Of a DNA stretch of 64,000 nt, positions 1 to 9,551 are shown one piece after another. The notes under the pieces are model-generated. The model ran no database searches, was not told the DNA's origin, and was given only the letters and a program-made list of their open reading frames with translations. Numbering within the stretch: position 1 is the stretch's first letter; the number at the start of each line of letters is the position of its first letter. This stretch comes from Candidatus Limnocylindrales bacterium (GTDB taxonomy: Bacteria > Patescibacteriota > Microgenomatia > Levybacterales > UBA12049), in the NCBI GenBank assembly GCA_035526025.1, contig DATLDE010000011.1, positions 49,374 to 113,373 on the forward strand, read 5' to 3'. Position numbers and translations under genes: made by a program.

Positions 1-679
1 ACTGTGTAAATATACTTGATCTAGCAACAAGTCTCTGTACAGCAGCTTTTTGTACCTCAAGAGGGGCTAAATCAGCACGCGCATATCCTGTCCCCATACT
101 GTTCCATGTACCAGCTGAGAACTGAAATGCGCCATAGTAGCCGTTTCCTGTATTCTTGGCAGGATCCATACCTGCTTCACAGCTTCCAAGATAATTAAGT
201 TGTCCCTCAGTCAACGATTGTGCTGATGCAACAGCCGCTACTGGTGCTGCAGGAGCCTGAGAAACAACAGGAACTTGCGTAACTGCTGCAGACGCACCAG
301 CAGATGGTGTATTCAAGGATGTTGCTACATAAGTATATTCAGGTGTTTCATCTGCTATTCGCTCTTCAAGTTCTGGGTTAAGTAACTCAGGAAGAATTGT
401 TTTGGTGTTTCTAATCTTTAATACCATTCCTGATTCAAGTTTAGCTGCATCTTCAAGCTCTGAATTATCATTCCAGATATTTGTCCAGTAGTCCTCACTG
501 CCATAATAAGCATTGGCAATCATAGAAAGATAATCACCATCTTGAACGATATATGATGAAAATTTCTCATTATTAACTACCTGGCTAAATGAATAGCTGG
601 GTGTCGGGTTGGGAGTTGCTGGCAATGACGTAGTTAATATTGATGATGCCATTACCCCGGCAATTAATGTAGTAATCAT
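1..679 (-). CDS. LysM domain + transglycosylase-like (Rpf/SLT-like) cell-wall protein, C-terminus truncated by window edge
   Basis: Minus-strand translation from the ATG at 677-679 gives MITTLIAGVMASS (signal/TM). A LysM-like block follows (DGDYLSMIANAYYGSEDYW...GMVLKI). The C-terminal region reads GYYGAFQFSAGTWNSMG...APLEVQKAAVQRL, as in transglycosylase-like domains. The frame is open to position 1. It is absent from the ORF track because there is no stop. Confidence 0.5.
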   Translation of the reverse strand, partial: MITTLIAGVMASSILTTSLPATPNPTPSYSFSQVVNNEKFSSYIVQDGDYLSMIANAYYGSEDYWTNIWNDNSELEDAAKLESGMVLKIRNTKTILPELLNPELEERIADETPEYTYVATSLNTPSAGASAAVTQVPVVSQAPAAPVAAVASAQSLTEGQLNYLGSCEAGMDPAKNTGNGYYGAFQFSAGTWNSMGTGYARADLAPLEVQKAAVQRLVARSSIFTQ

Positions 680-882
680 ATTTAAAACAAAAACCAAATG
701 GCTAATTTAGTCACTTGGCTATGTTTAGGAGTTATTATATACTAATTATTCTTATTTGTCAAGTAGTATAATAATTAAATTTGAGGCTCTAATATAATTT
801 ATATATATCCTATAATATTTTAATCGACTATTTTACGATTCCTTAATACCTTCCATGTAGAAGAGAATTAATTGAGAATTTA

Positions 883-1701
883 TTAATTACCTGACTTCAA
901 ATTAAGTGCGTCAAACTGTTGTAGGGCATGTCTGAAAGGATCTTGACTGACGCGGACATTTCCTGTGAATGGATAATTGATACTGAAAATAAGAAAGAGA
1001 ACACCAGCGATTATTGTTGCCAAAATACCAGTCAATATATAATGAGCTGAAACGCTTTTCATTGTAAAAAAGTACGAGGATATTACTGTAATCAAGCCGC
1101 CACCGATCAATAATGGCCAAAATATAGTTGGTAGACTTGCTTCACCAGCCAAATGCCTGAAGTGCCTCTGCGATTCAAGATTGCCAAGGCTTGACTCTGC
1201 GCTACTGAGTCCCGCTTCTTCTGAGGCATCTTGGGGAACCATATCCCGGTATAACTCCCAAGTACTATTTAAAGGGTCAGGGCTTGTATGTTTCATGACA
1301 GATCCATGTGATTTCCATTCTTTCACCATAACGTACTGAATATAATTCCTGTATTCTGCCTGAGCTTTGGATCTTACAGGTTCAGGAAGCCTCTGAGTAT
1401 CACGGAACGCAACTACAACAGCTGCAGCTTCACTTGTTACTACTGCACGTGTCGTAGTATAACGATCCCAGACCGCAAATACTACGAAGGCCAGGACGAC
1501 TGCATATACCAACGCAGTGGCGCTAAATATATACCCGACAATAGCTTCATCGTTTTTTAAGCTATGGGGTTTTATATAAGGTCTGAGGATCCAGAATAAA
1601 AATAGCGCAATGGAGACTGCTGACCCAATAAAAATAAGTGCATTAATAAAAAGTGACATAAAACTAATATCAATAAGTATTAGCTTGCCCTGAGCGAGCA
1701 A
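883..1701 (-). CDS. multi-pass membrane protein (DUF4239-like)
   Basis: 272-aa ORF with several hydrophobic helices at both ends and a charged central region. Family assignment is from memory only. Confidence 0.4.
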   Translation of the reverse strand: MLAQGKLILIDISFMSLFINALIFIGSAVSIALFLFWILRPYIKPHSLKNDEAIVGYIFSATALVYAVVLAFVVFAVWDRYTTTRAVVTSEAAAVVVAFRDTQRLPEPVRSKAQAEYRNYIQYVMVKEWKSHGSVMKHTSPDPLNSTWELYRDMVPQDASEEAGLSSAESSLGNLESQRHFRHLAGEASLPTIFWPLLIGGGLITVISSYFFTMKSVSAHYILTGILATIIAGVLFLIFSINYPFTGNVRVSQDPFRHALQQFDALNLKSGN

Positions 1702-1827
1702 AGCGAGCCGAACGGGTGCTGAGGGTCAGAGTCGAACTGACATAGCCTGTTCTTCAGACAGGTGCCTTGACCACCTTGGCTACCTCAGCAAAAAGCGGTA
1801 ACTGATATTGTATCAAAAAAACCTCGA

Positions 1828-3387
1828 TTAGTCAGCAGTTGTTGTAGTTACTTTATTTACAGGATTTCTTTTTTGTCCGGGACTATCACACTCTCCACTG
1901 CAATTTATAGGAGTACGGGTTACCTGAAGATCAAGCTTGCCATTGGGCTGCAGGCCAGACAATACAAATCTGTCAACTGAAGCTGGTCTGTTTTTGGCAT
2001 CAAAGTAGAGTATTGAGAATGTCTGGGGTTGGCCTGTATCACCCCCCGAAGCTTGGGTACATTTGTCATTCATCGTCCTGAGATTGGCACCACCCGTAGT
2101 ACCAACATTAAAGTTAATAGTTCCTGAATCGAGCTTGACATGCTCAGACATGCACCGATGTGAGTGTCCTGATATAACAATTCGTGTATTATTCACAACT
2201 TCTTTTGCAGCATCAGGCTTATGTACAACTACAAGATCCGGTATTTCTTGATCAACTATCTTCTTAAGTTTCTGTCCAGTTTCCAAATCAGTTTTCACAC
2301 GATCGCTTTGGCCAAATAATTGATCATCCGGTGAATAATCTTTGTCAGCAACTCCTGTAATTTTTATACCCTTAACCTCAACCATTTGACCGTCAAGAAC
2401 AGTTACATTTGGGATGTTGCTGAGAGCGGTCATTGTTTGCTCAGAATCATGATTCCCTCTTACCACATAATAATTAACACCAAGATTTCCCAAATCAGCA
2501 AGAGGTTCATTCTCAAAAGAAGCGCCCCATTCAGTCAAGTCCCCGGCATCAACAACAGCATCAACACAACTTGTCGATATAATAGAACGTAGAAGCGGGG
2601 CAACATTTCTGGAATGTATATCTGATACAACCATAATGCACGTTGATGGATCCTCAGTTGTATTATTTTGCTTTTGTAGAGCATTTGAAAGACGAAGATA
2701 ATTTCTGACTGTTAATGCAATTAAATCGTCATGTTCATCAAATTTTTCTAGTAAACCAAGTTGTTCTTTGGCATAGGCTATACCTCCTGTATATTTAGCT
2801 TTCTCAACGCTTTTACTATCATATGTTGAGGCGGAGTAAGCACTAACAGAACCGGCAAGTACAGCACCAGCCAAAACTCCACGCATAACCATGTGGGCCT
2901 TTTCCTTCCCAGAAGTCTTTTCTTTTCGCGTTATAGCCTCAGCAGATACCCATCCGACACTTCCTCCGAGTGCAAAAATTACCAAATCCCTTGCAAGATC
3001 TTTTTGGATTTCCTTTTTTATTGTTTTGAGGTTATTTCCAAATGATTCGGCAAAACTACTTACACCTTCACCTTCCTGGAGCGTATTCAAAGTTTTCTCA
3101 ACCGGAATAGATCTGACTCTCACATTTTGCCCAAATGGCCCTGAGTGAGTTGGAAGAATAATATCTCCCAAAGGTGTTTCTACTGTGACCCCATGTGTTC
3201 CCAATACAGTTTCCGACTCCCAGACTATACCTTGAGGTTTACTGGTATGCTCTACTGCATCAGGTGCGAGTACTGCCAGAGAGCCCATGCCAACTGCGGC
3301 AACACCCTTGAAAAGCCTACGTCCTGCCCTACGTGTTCTTCTGAATCTATCTTTTCCTTGACTTGAATCCTGTTCAATATTACTCAT
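1828..3387 (-). CDS. Tat-secreted calcineurin-like metallophosphoesterase
   Basis: N-terminal RRAGRRLFKGVAAVGMGSLAV matches a twin-arginine signal. The C-terminal half carries GDLTEWG, VVRGNHDS and ISGHSHR metallophosphoesterase motifs. Confidence 0.6.
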   Translation of the reverse strand: MSNIEQDSSQGKDRFRRTRRAGRRLFKGVAAVGMGSLAVLAPDAVEHTSKPQGIVWESETVLGTHGVTVETPLGDIILPTHSGPFGQNVRVRSIPVEKTLNTLQEGEGVSSFAESFGNNLKTIKKEIQKDLARDLVIFALGGSVGWVSAEAITRKEKTSGKEKAHMVMRGVLAGAVLAGSVSAYSASTYDSKSVEKAKYTGGIAYAKEQLGLLEKFDEHDDLIALTVRNYLRLSNALQKQNNTTEDPSTCIMVVSDIHSRNVAPLLRSIISTSCVDAVVDAGDLTEWGASFENEPLADLGNLGVNYYVVRGNHDSEQTMTALSNIPNVTVLDGQMVEVKGIKITGVADKDYSPDDQLFGQSDRVKTDLETGQKLKKIVDQEIPDLVVVHKPDAAKEVVNNTRIVISGHSHRCMSEHVKLDSGTINFNVGTTGGANLRTMNDKCTQASGGDTGQPQTFSILYFDAKNRPASVDRFVLSGLQPNGKLDLQVTRTPINCSGECDSPGQKRNPVNKVTTTTAD

Positions 3388-3464
3388 AGCTGTTGAGAGG
3401 ACTTATTATACAAGATGCGCTACCTAATTAGTATGGAAGAATAATTTCAGAGGAGCGAGATTGT

Positions 3465-3537
3465 GGACGCTGAGGGATTCGAACCCCCGACATCTTCAGT
3501 GTAAATGAAGCGCTCTACCAGCTGAGCTAAGCGTCCT
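3465..3537 (-). tRNA. tRNA-Val (anticodon TAC)
   Basis: Reverse complement is GGACGCTTAGCTCAGCTGGTAGAGCGCTTCATTTACACTGAAGATGTCGGGGGTTCGAATCCCTCAGCGTCCA. It has the canonical cloverleaf, GTTCGAATC T-loop, and anticodon loop TTTACAC. Confidence 0.8.
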
Positions 3538-3646
3538 AAGTAGAATAGATTATAGAATAAATTAAATTTTCAAGCAATGGTTATTTGAGATGACAAAAAG
3601 ACAGTTCATGAAATAATTCCAAAATAATTTCTGATACAATAATAAT

Positions 3647-4102
3647 ATGGATACCCTGCCAGACATGGAAGCATACAGATTCGTTGCGATTCTAAATAAA
3701 AAAATTGAGATTGGTAAGCTGATGAATGCTCTTGGGCATATGGCTGCAGGATTGGGTGGAGGATCAAAAAAAGCCGGTCTTATGTATTTTCTGGAATATT
3801 TTGATAAGGATGGTGGCCTGCACCCAAATATATCAAACTATCCATTTATTGTTCTAGCAGCTGATAACTCCAGTCAGATAAGAACCGCCAGAATTGGAGC
3901 AATAGAAAGAGGAATTTCTTTTACTGACTTTACAAGTTCCATGACTGTCGGATCAACCCAGGAACAGCTAGATAATACCGCAAATACAATTGAGACGGAT
4001 CTTGAATATTATGGTTTATGTATGTTCGGCGCAACACAGGAGCTTCAGGACATCACAAAGAAATTTCACTTTTCAAATAACACTTTGCCCAATCATGAAT
4101 GA
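3647..4102 (+). CDS. hypothetical protein (DUF2000-like)
   Basis: 151-aa ORF. Glycine-rich AAGLGGGSKKAG segment. Overlaps the next gene by 8 nt. Confidence 0.4.
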   Translation: MDTLPDMEAYRFVAILNKKIEIGKLMNALGHMAAGLGGGSKKAGLMYFLEYFDKDGGLHPNISNYPFIVLAADNSSQIRTARIGAIERGISFTDFTSSMTVGSTQEQLDNTANTIETDLEYYGLCMFGATQELQDITKKFHFSNNTLPNHE

Positions 4103-4673
4103 AACAAGATCTGAAACAGAAAGAGTATACGCCGTTCCTAGCATGGCATTACTTGAAAGCTTTACTCTCCCTCCCGATAGCTGGTCACCAACCCAGGAAC
4201 CATCTTCAGTTATTGAAGCAGGTGAACAATACAAATTTAAAACAGCATTAGTCATCGGTCGATTTCAGCCTTTGCACTGGGGGCATATTTACTTAATACA
4301 CAAAGCACTGGAGATGTCAAAATCTGTAGTAATAGGAATCGGAAGCTCAAACACAGCTGATGAAAAAAACCCATTTCCAGCCTTACAACGTCACCTTTTA
4401 TTAGAAAGAACTCTCAATAGGGAGGGGATTAGATCAAGAATAAATAATATTGTCCATCTCACAGATCATGATGATGATAATCAATGGTTACAAAGAACAG
4501 TTTACAGGACAGGTGAAGTTGAGGCGGTAGTAGGCAATAATCAATGGGTAAATGGGATTTTTGAAAACGCTGGGTTTCAGACAGTAGAAATCCCCATGTA
4601 TAAAAGACAGATTTATAAAGGTGAGGAGATCAGGAGAAATTTGCGCAGTGCAGGTCTCCTAAGACCCCATTAA
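4095..4673 (+). CDS. cytidylyltransferase-fold nucleotidyltransferase, NadM-like NMN adenylyltransferase
   Basis: ALVIGRFQPLHWGHIYLIHKAL is the (H/T)xGH nucleotidyltransferase motif in the archaeal NMNAT context GRFQP.HxGH. Start chosen at the internal ATG at 4095 (MNETR...). Track ORF is 3990..4673. Confidence 0.55.
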   Translation: MNETRSETERVYAVPSMALLESFTLPPDSWSPTQEPSSVIEAGEQYKFKTALVIGRFQPLHWGHIYLIHKALEMSKSVVIGIGSSNTADEKNPFPALQRHLLLERTLNREGIRSRINNIVHLTDHDDDNQWLQRTVYRTGEVEAVVGNNQWVNGIFENAGFQTVEIPMYKRQIYKGEEIRRNLRSAGLLRPH

Positions 4674-4710
4674 CTAATATCATTTATCAAAAACATAGAA
4701 GTCTTTTTTT

Positions 4711-6183
4711 TTAATTGAAATTCCCAACATCTTTTGAAATCCAGTATTTTATTTTATTTTCCGGCAAAAGCATAATCCTACTCGGACTTAGTCCCTCAAC
4801 AAATTCCTCCGTGTGGCTTACAAAAAGCATTGCCCCTTTATAAGTTTTTAACGCTTCAAGTATTGTTCTTTGCGATACCATATCAAGATACGTTGTGGGT
4901 TCATCAAGTATAAGCAAATTATAATTTTGAAGCATCAGCATCGCAATCGATAGTCTGGTCTTCTCGCCCCCTGAAAGTGTACCGATTTTTTGATAAAGTT
5001 GAGGTCTTGGGAAATTAAATGAACCGAAAATTGGCAATATTTGCTGAAGAGCCAGACTGCATTGCTCCTCAATCATTTCCATTATCGTCTGTTCAAAATT
5101 AAATGTTTCAAATTCTTGTGAGTAATACCCGATATGAAGCTCAGGATCTTTTATAATATCACCAGTTGTAGGCTGCAGTCTTCCCATGAGGATTTTGATA
5201 AATGTACTTTTTCCAGCACCGTTTGGACCATACAGTGCGATGCGCTCTCCACGTTTTATAGCAAGTGATACATCATTTAAGATTTTTTTTCCTTCAAAAC
5301 TTATTGAGATATCTTTCACCCGTAGAGGGATTTCACTGGTTCGCTTTGGCTCAGGGAGCGTAAATTTAATACCACGAACTTCTTTGGGCAATTCTGGCAA
5401 TTTGTCTTTGATACGATCAATACGTGTCTGTACGCTTGCACGCGCTCTCGCACCCTTTTCTGTAAATCCACTTGCCATTTTCAAAAGACTTTTTTTCATA
5501 CGATTTATTTCTTTTTGATCATTCTCAAATTTTTTCGCAAGCATCGCGTCATTGTTTCCTTTTAACTTAACGTATTTTGTATAATTTCCTTTATATTCCT
5601 CAATTTTCTTTGTTGTAGGGTTAATTGCCAGGATTTTATCGATATGATTATCAAGAAGACTGATATCATGAGAAATTATTAGTAGGGTATTTGGATAATC
5701 ACTCAAAAATTCCATTATCCATCTCTTGCCCTCTGTATCCAGAAAATTGGTTGGTTCATCAAGCAAGAGAATCTCTGGCTCCTGAATTATTGCACGAAGC
5801 AAGGCGAGCTTTGTGCGCTGTCCACCACTTAGAATTTTGGGCATTGTGTCCAGATCTGCATTCACTTCAAGAGACTCAAGCATTACCATAAGCTCCCACA
5901 TTTCTTTTTTCATTTCAGGGTCTATATAGCTTTTGATATCTACTGCAGCAACGAGTAGGGGATCATGTTTTACTTCTTGAGGTACATATCCGATACTTCC
6001 TTGAATTTGTAGGGATCCAGTCGAAGCCTGATCTTCACCTCTTAAGAGCTTAAATAAAGTTGATTTACCAGCCCCATTTGGACCGACCAACCCAATCAGC
6101 TCACCCTTTATGACAGAAAAGCTGGAGTCAGTATAGACAACTTGACGGGAATAACCATAAGAAATATTTTTGGCGATAATCAT
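4711..6183 (-). CDS. ABC-F family ATPase (tandem ABC domains, no membrane domain)
   Basis: Two Walker A sites (GPNGAGKST twice), two ABC signatures (LSGGQRTKLALL, LSGGEKTRLSIA), two Walker B sites (LLLDEPTN, LILDEPTT). 490 aa. Confidence 0.75.
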   Translation of the reverse strand: MIIAKNISYGYSRQVVYTDSSFSVIKGELIGLVGPNGAGKSTLFKLLRGEDQASTGSLQIQGSIGYVPQEVKHDPLLVAAVDIKSYIDPEMKKEMWELMVMLESLEVNADLDTMPKILSGGQRTKLALLRAIIQEPEILLLDEPTNFLDTEGKRWIMEFLSDYPNTLLIISHDISLLDNHIDKILAINPTTKKIEEYKGNYTKYVKLKGNNDAMLAKKFENDQKEINRMKKSLLKMASGFTEKGARARASVQTRIDRIKDKLPELPKEVRGIKFTLPEPKRTSEIPLRVKDISISFEGKKILNDVSLAIKRGERIALYGPNGAGKSTFIKILMGRLQPTTGDIIKDPELHIGYYSQEFETFNFEQTIMEMIEEQCSLALQQILPIFGSFNFPRPQLYQKIGTLSGGEKTRLSIAMLMLQNYNLLILDEPTTYLDMVSQRTILEALKTYKGAMLFVSHTEEFVEGLSPSRIMLLPENKIKYWISKDVGNFN

Positions 6184-6286
6184 AATTATTTTTGAGGAAA
6201 AGAATTAAACTAATTAGTTCTTGTGAGGGTCGCAAAGCGCAAAACACAATCTCTTCTTACATTTCTATTTATTATACCAGATCTAG

Positions 6287-6369
6287 TGCGGACGAAAGGA
6301 GTTGAACCTTCACACCCTTTCGGGCACTACCACCTCAAGGTAGCGTGTATACCATTTCACCACGTCCGC
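6287..6369 (-). tRNA. tRNA-Leu (anticodon GAG)
   Basis: Reverse complement is GCGGACGTGGTGAAATGGTATACACGCTACCTTGAGGTGGTAGTGCCCGAAAGGGTGTGAAGGTTCAACTCCTTTCGTCCGCA. The long variable arm is typical of Leu. No encoded CCA. Confidence 0.8.
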
Positions 6370-6559
6370 GTATTTTTGTGCCCCTGAGGGACTTTCTTTT
6401 GAACACTTCTTGCCTTGGATTCAGAAAATAATAAATGTTTATCAAAACCTTGAAGATGCTCAAGACGGTCAGCTTATACCTCAGGACATTACAACCTCTA
6501 AAGCATATTATACGAAAAAATTGAATTAAAAGAAAGTTAAATGATTAATAGAGAATTGG

Positions 6560-6832
6560 TTACTTTCCGTAGACTTCATCATGTGTTCCAATATCGACAA
6601 AGTATGCTGTACTATCATCAAGTAAATGATAAATCATTCTTATATTCATTGTAATTGAGATACTCCACATGTTTGTTAAGTTCCCAGTTAATTTATGGAG
6701 TCGCAATGAAGGATGCCTCGGATTAGTTTTTAATAGCTGTAATTGTTTAATGATTTTCTTTTCTAGTTTTTGATCTGTTTTTTTAATTCTTGATAATTCT
6801 TTTACGACAAGCGGAGAGAGTTTAAAATTCAT
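6560..6832 (-). CDS. type II toxin, RelE/ParE superfamily
   Basis: 90 aa. HPSLRLHKLTGNLTNMWSISIT...YFVDIGTHDEVY fits the RelE/YafQ-like core. Start overlaps the upstream antitoxin stop (ATGA). Confidence 0.65.
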   Translation of the reverse strand: MNFKLSPLVVKELSRIKKTDQKLEKKIIKQLQLLKTNPRHPSLRLHKLTGNLTNMWSISITMNIRMIYHLLDDSTAYFVDIGTHDEVYGK

Positions 6833-7086
6833 TACAATTCTTCAAAAAACTTAGTGACATCGTTAACTGAAACTGCATTATTAATCTGCTCCATTGCTTC
6901 CTTGGCTCTTTTTTCAGTCCTTTCAGACATTTTAAATGTAGGATATTCTTCAGTCTCTACCTCTTTGATTATGAGATGTTTTACAAATTGAGTTACAGGA
7001 ATACCTAAGCGCGAAGCTTTAGACTGCAATAAATCATTCAGTTGGTCCGAAAGGCTAATTTTGAGTTGTATTTGTTGTGTATTCAT
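6832..7086 (-). CDS. cognate antitoxin (RHH/ParD-DinJ-like)
   Basis: 84-aa acidic protein immediately upstream of, and overlapping, the toxin. PVTQFVKHLII is ribbon-helix-helix-like. Confidence 0.5.
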   Translation of the reverse strand: MNTQQIQLKISLSDQLNDLLQSKASRLGIPVTQFVKHLIIKEVETEEYPTFKMSERTEKRAKEAMEQINNAVSVNDVTKFFEEL

Positions 7087-7227
7087 AAAATTACTTAATT
7101 AATACCTAAATTATACCTATAAACTGTAGCTATGTCAAGATATAAAAAAATAAAGTGTTCAACTCTCCTTTAGGTGGTCATAAAAAATAGGCTAAAAATA
7201 CAAAAACTATTAAGTTATAAAATCGCC

Positions 7228-7255
7228 ATTTAGCCCGATATATCAATCTATTCGT
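7228..7255. repeat. 27-bp direct repeat, copy 1 (ATTTAGCCCGATATATCAATCTATTCGT)
   Basis: Matches 8581..8607 in 26 of 27 positions. The two copies bracket the Fic gene. Confidence 0.7.
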
Positions 7256-7391
7256 ATGTTTGAGACCGACCATGTCTCCTCTGGTGCACAAGAGAACTCT
7301 TATTTTGAACTCTTGCTGACATATTGTAACAAGTTGATGGAGGCTTATCAAGATAAAGCTGAAGACAAAATTGATAAAAATGAATAATTCC

Positions 7392-8426
7392 TTATTTCTC
7401 ACTCAAAACATAATAAGTGGCTCTTCCTTGTCCTTTTTTCTGAATAAGTCCTGCATCGATAAGTTTTTGAAAATCTAAAACTCTCGTGGGCTTGGCTCTT
7501 GACACTAGCTTTGCATATTCTCGATGGGTAATTGAACCATTTTCTTTTATAAAATTGAGTATTTTAATATGATAATCTTCTAATCTCGTGACTGATTTAA
7601 TAAAGGTTTCTGGCAGTAATTTTTGAACCCGGAGAAGCTCATCAATAATTCCTTCTGTAAAATACTCAAGCCATCTGGTGAAATCCATTTTCTCAGCTAA
7701 ATCATAATAATTTCCAAATTCTCCAACTGTTTGAAAGTATTTTGTAACATTTTTGTTATAATAATTTTCAAAACTAAAGAGACTGAATGTATTTAAACCC
7801 ATTTTTGCTAACAACACTTTTGTCATGAGTCGAGTTGTTCTTCCATTGCCATCCATAAATGGATGTATAATCACCATTTGTTTATGAAAAATACCAGCTA
7901 AAATAAGTGGATCAATACCTATGTTGTTAACATTGACATACCTTGTAAGCTCTTGAAGCATAGGTATTACATCTTGTACATCAGGAGGTAAATAAACCAT
8001 TTTGCCGGTTCGTGGATCATTAACAACTACCGGCTTTTGTCTAAGACCAATTTCGAACTTAGGAAGTAATCCTTCCATGACTTGTTTTTGAATTTTTAAG
8101 ATGAGGTCAAGTGAAAATTCCACTTTTCCCTCAGAAAGTTGTTGATTTAATTCTTGAAGCGCTCGGTTATAATTAAGTACTTCTTTTTCGCTGTCTCTAA
8201 TATGAGAAGGTGTGGTCTTAAGAATTTTTTTAACTTCGGTAAGAGGTAGTGGATTGCCCTCAATACTTGTGGAAGAGTAAGCTGATACTTCGCGGGCCGT
8301 CTTTTCAAATTCAAGAAGTATAATATTTGGGAAATGTCTGTTATTTAGCTCCGCCACAAGAGAAGTGATTTGCTTAATATTGGCGAGTAAACGTTCTGTA
8401 ATAGTGTACCTAGGATTAAATGACAT
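7392..8426 (-). CDS. Fic/DOC family protein (AMPylator-type) with C-terminal winged HTH
   Basis: HPFMDGNGRTTRLMTKVLL matches the Fic motif HPFx(D/E)GNGR. An N-terminal TSIEGN inhibitory-helix motif (S/T)xxxE(G/N) is present. 344 aa. Confidence 0.8.
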   Translation of the reverse strand: MSFNPRYTITERLLANIKQITSLVAELNNRHFPNIILLEFEKTAREVSAYSSTSIEGNPLPLTEVKKILKTTPSHIRDSEKEVLNYNRALQELNQQLSEGKVEFSLDLILKIQKQVMEGLLPKFEIGLRQKPVVVNDPRTGKMVYLPPDVQDVIPMLQELTRYVNVNNIGIDPLILAGIFHKQMVIIHPFMDGNGRTTRLMTKVLLAKMGLNTFSLFSFENYYNKNVTKYFQTVGEFGNYYDLAEKMDFTRWLEYFTEGIIDELLRVQKLLPETFIKSVTRLEDYHIKILNFIKENGSITHREYAKLVSRAKPTRVLDFQKLIDAGLIQKKGQGRATYYVLSEK

Positions 8427-8580
8427 TAGACGTATTATAGACGATTACTAGACGATTGTCAAGTATGTCTCACAATATTTGATTTAAATTAAAGAATACG
8501 AAGAGAAGAGTTGAACTTTTTTGAAGCTAAATTTATAGATTTGCTTACCACAAATAACTGTATGTTCTTATCAAGACAAA

Positions 8581-8607
8581 ATTAGCCCGATATATCAAGC
8601 TATTCGT
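8581..8607. repeat. 27-bp direct repeat, copy 2 (ATTAGCCCGATATATCAAGCTATTCGT)
   Basis: Second copy lies about 30 bp from the 3' end of tRNA-Leu(CAG). Confidence 0.7.
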
Positions 8608-8636
8608 CGCTTTGACAATACTACTATCTTCTCATG

Positions 8637-8719
8637 TGCCCAGGAGAGGAGTTGAACCTCCACGCCCTTGCGAGCACTGGCACCTGAAGCCAGCGTGTAT
8701 ACCATTTCACCACCTGGGC
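8637..8719 (-). tRNA. tRNA-Leu (anticodon CAG)
   Basis: Reverse complement is GCCCAGGTGGTGAAATGGTATACACGCTGGCTTCAGGTGCCAGTGCTCGCAAGGGCGTGGAGGTTCAACTCCTCTCCTGGGCA. Long variable arm. Confidence 0.8.
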
Positions 8720-8809
8720 ATGACAGGCTTATTCTAACGCCAAGCATAATTTTAACAGAAGATGATACAGTTGACAACGGAGGTGAATTTTGCAAATATA
8801 TAGTAGCCC

Positions 8810-9376
8810 ATGAGAAAGTTATTACTTGCCTCAATCCTCCTGGCAATCACTCCGCTTGCCATGATCCTTGGCCTCGTCGTCTTCTTAAATAGCTATAGCC
8901 AGACAGCCCAACCAATCACATACCGCGAAACCGTCGCGTACGCAGCGCTCCCATCTGATCAAAACATTATTTCAGGGAATATAATTGAAAGTCAGAACGG
9001 CAAAGCTGAAAAAATCAGACAATTTTTAGCTCGATACAATTCACCACTTGAGCCTTATTCAGTTGACATTGTAAATGCAGCAGAAGAGTATGGCCTTGAT
9101 CATAGGTTAATTCCGGCAATTGCCATGCAGGAGTCTACACTTTGTAAAAAAATACCCGTAAATTCTTTTAATTGTTGGGGATTTGGGATTTATGGAACCA
9201 AGGTAACAAGATTTGCTGACTTTAAAGAGGGTATTTATACCGTAACAAGGGCACTTGCTACAAGATATAAGAAAAGAGGACTTGTAACAGCCGATCAAAT
9301 AATGACTATGTACACCCCAAGTAGTAATGGTAGTTGGGCAAGAGGTGTAAATACAGTCCTCAATCAGCTTCAGTAA
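8810..9376 (+). CDS. secreted/membrane-anchored GH73-like glucosaminidase-domain protein (FlgJ-like), paralog 1
   Basis: N-terminal TM/signal. FLARYNSPLEPYSVDIVNAAEEYGLDHRLIPAIAMQES...NCWGFGIYG resembles the FlgJ glucosaminidase core (FLARL..P...A.QES.WG...NLFGIK). Confidence 0.45.
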   Translation: MRKLLLASILLAITPLAMILGLVVFLNSYSQTAQPITYRETVAYAALPSDQNIISGNIIESQNGKAEKIRQFLARYNSPLEPYSVDIVNAAEEYGLDHRLIPAIAMQESTLCKKIPVNSFNCWGFGIYGTKVTRFADFKEGIYTVTRALATRYKKRGLVTADQIMTMYTPSSNGSWARGVNTVLNQLQ

Positions 9377-9551
9377 ATCGATCACATCTTATAGTTTGGT
9401 ACTTGACAAACCTATAGTTATATGATATTATCCCTTCCAGATCCTAAGGCAAGTGCCCAAAACACTTGCGTTAGGATTTTTTTTAATAAAAATTAAATAG
9501 CATCTCTATTCTCACCAATACCAATCTTACAAGATTTTTCCAATACTTATT

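Noticed and set aside
3990-4673. Using the track start at 3990 for the nucleotidyltransferase
   Set aside because: That start overlaps the upstream gene by more than 100 nt. The ATG at 4095 gives an 8-nt overlap and places GRFQPLHWGH at a more typical distance from the N-terminus. The longer form cannot be excluded.
7178-7402. 74-aa track ORF on the minus strand
   Set aside because: It overlaps one copy of the 27-bp direct repeat and the antitoxin promoter region. The sequence is hydrophobic and low-complexity, and it is not supported as a gene.
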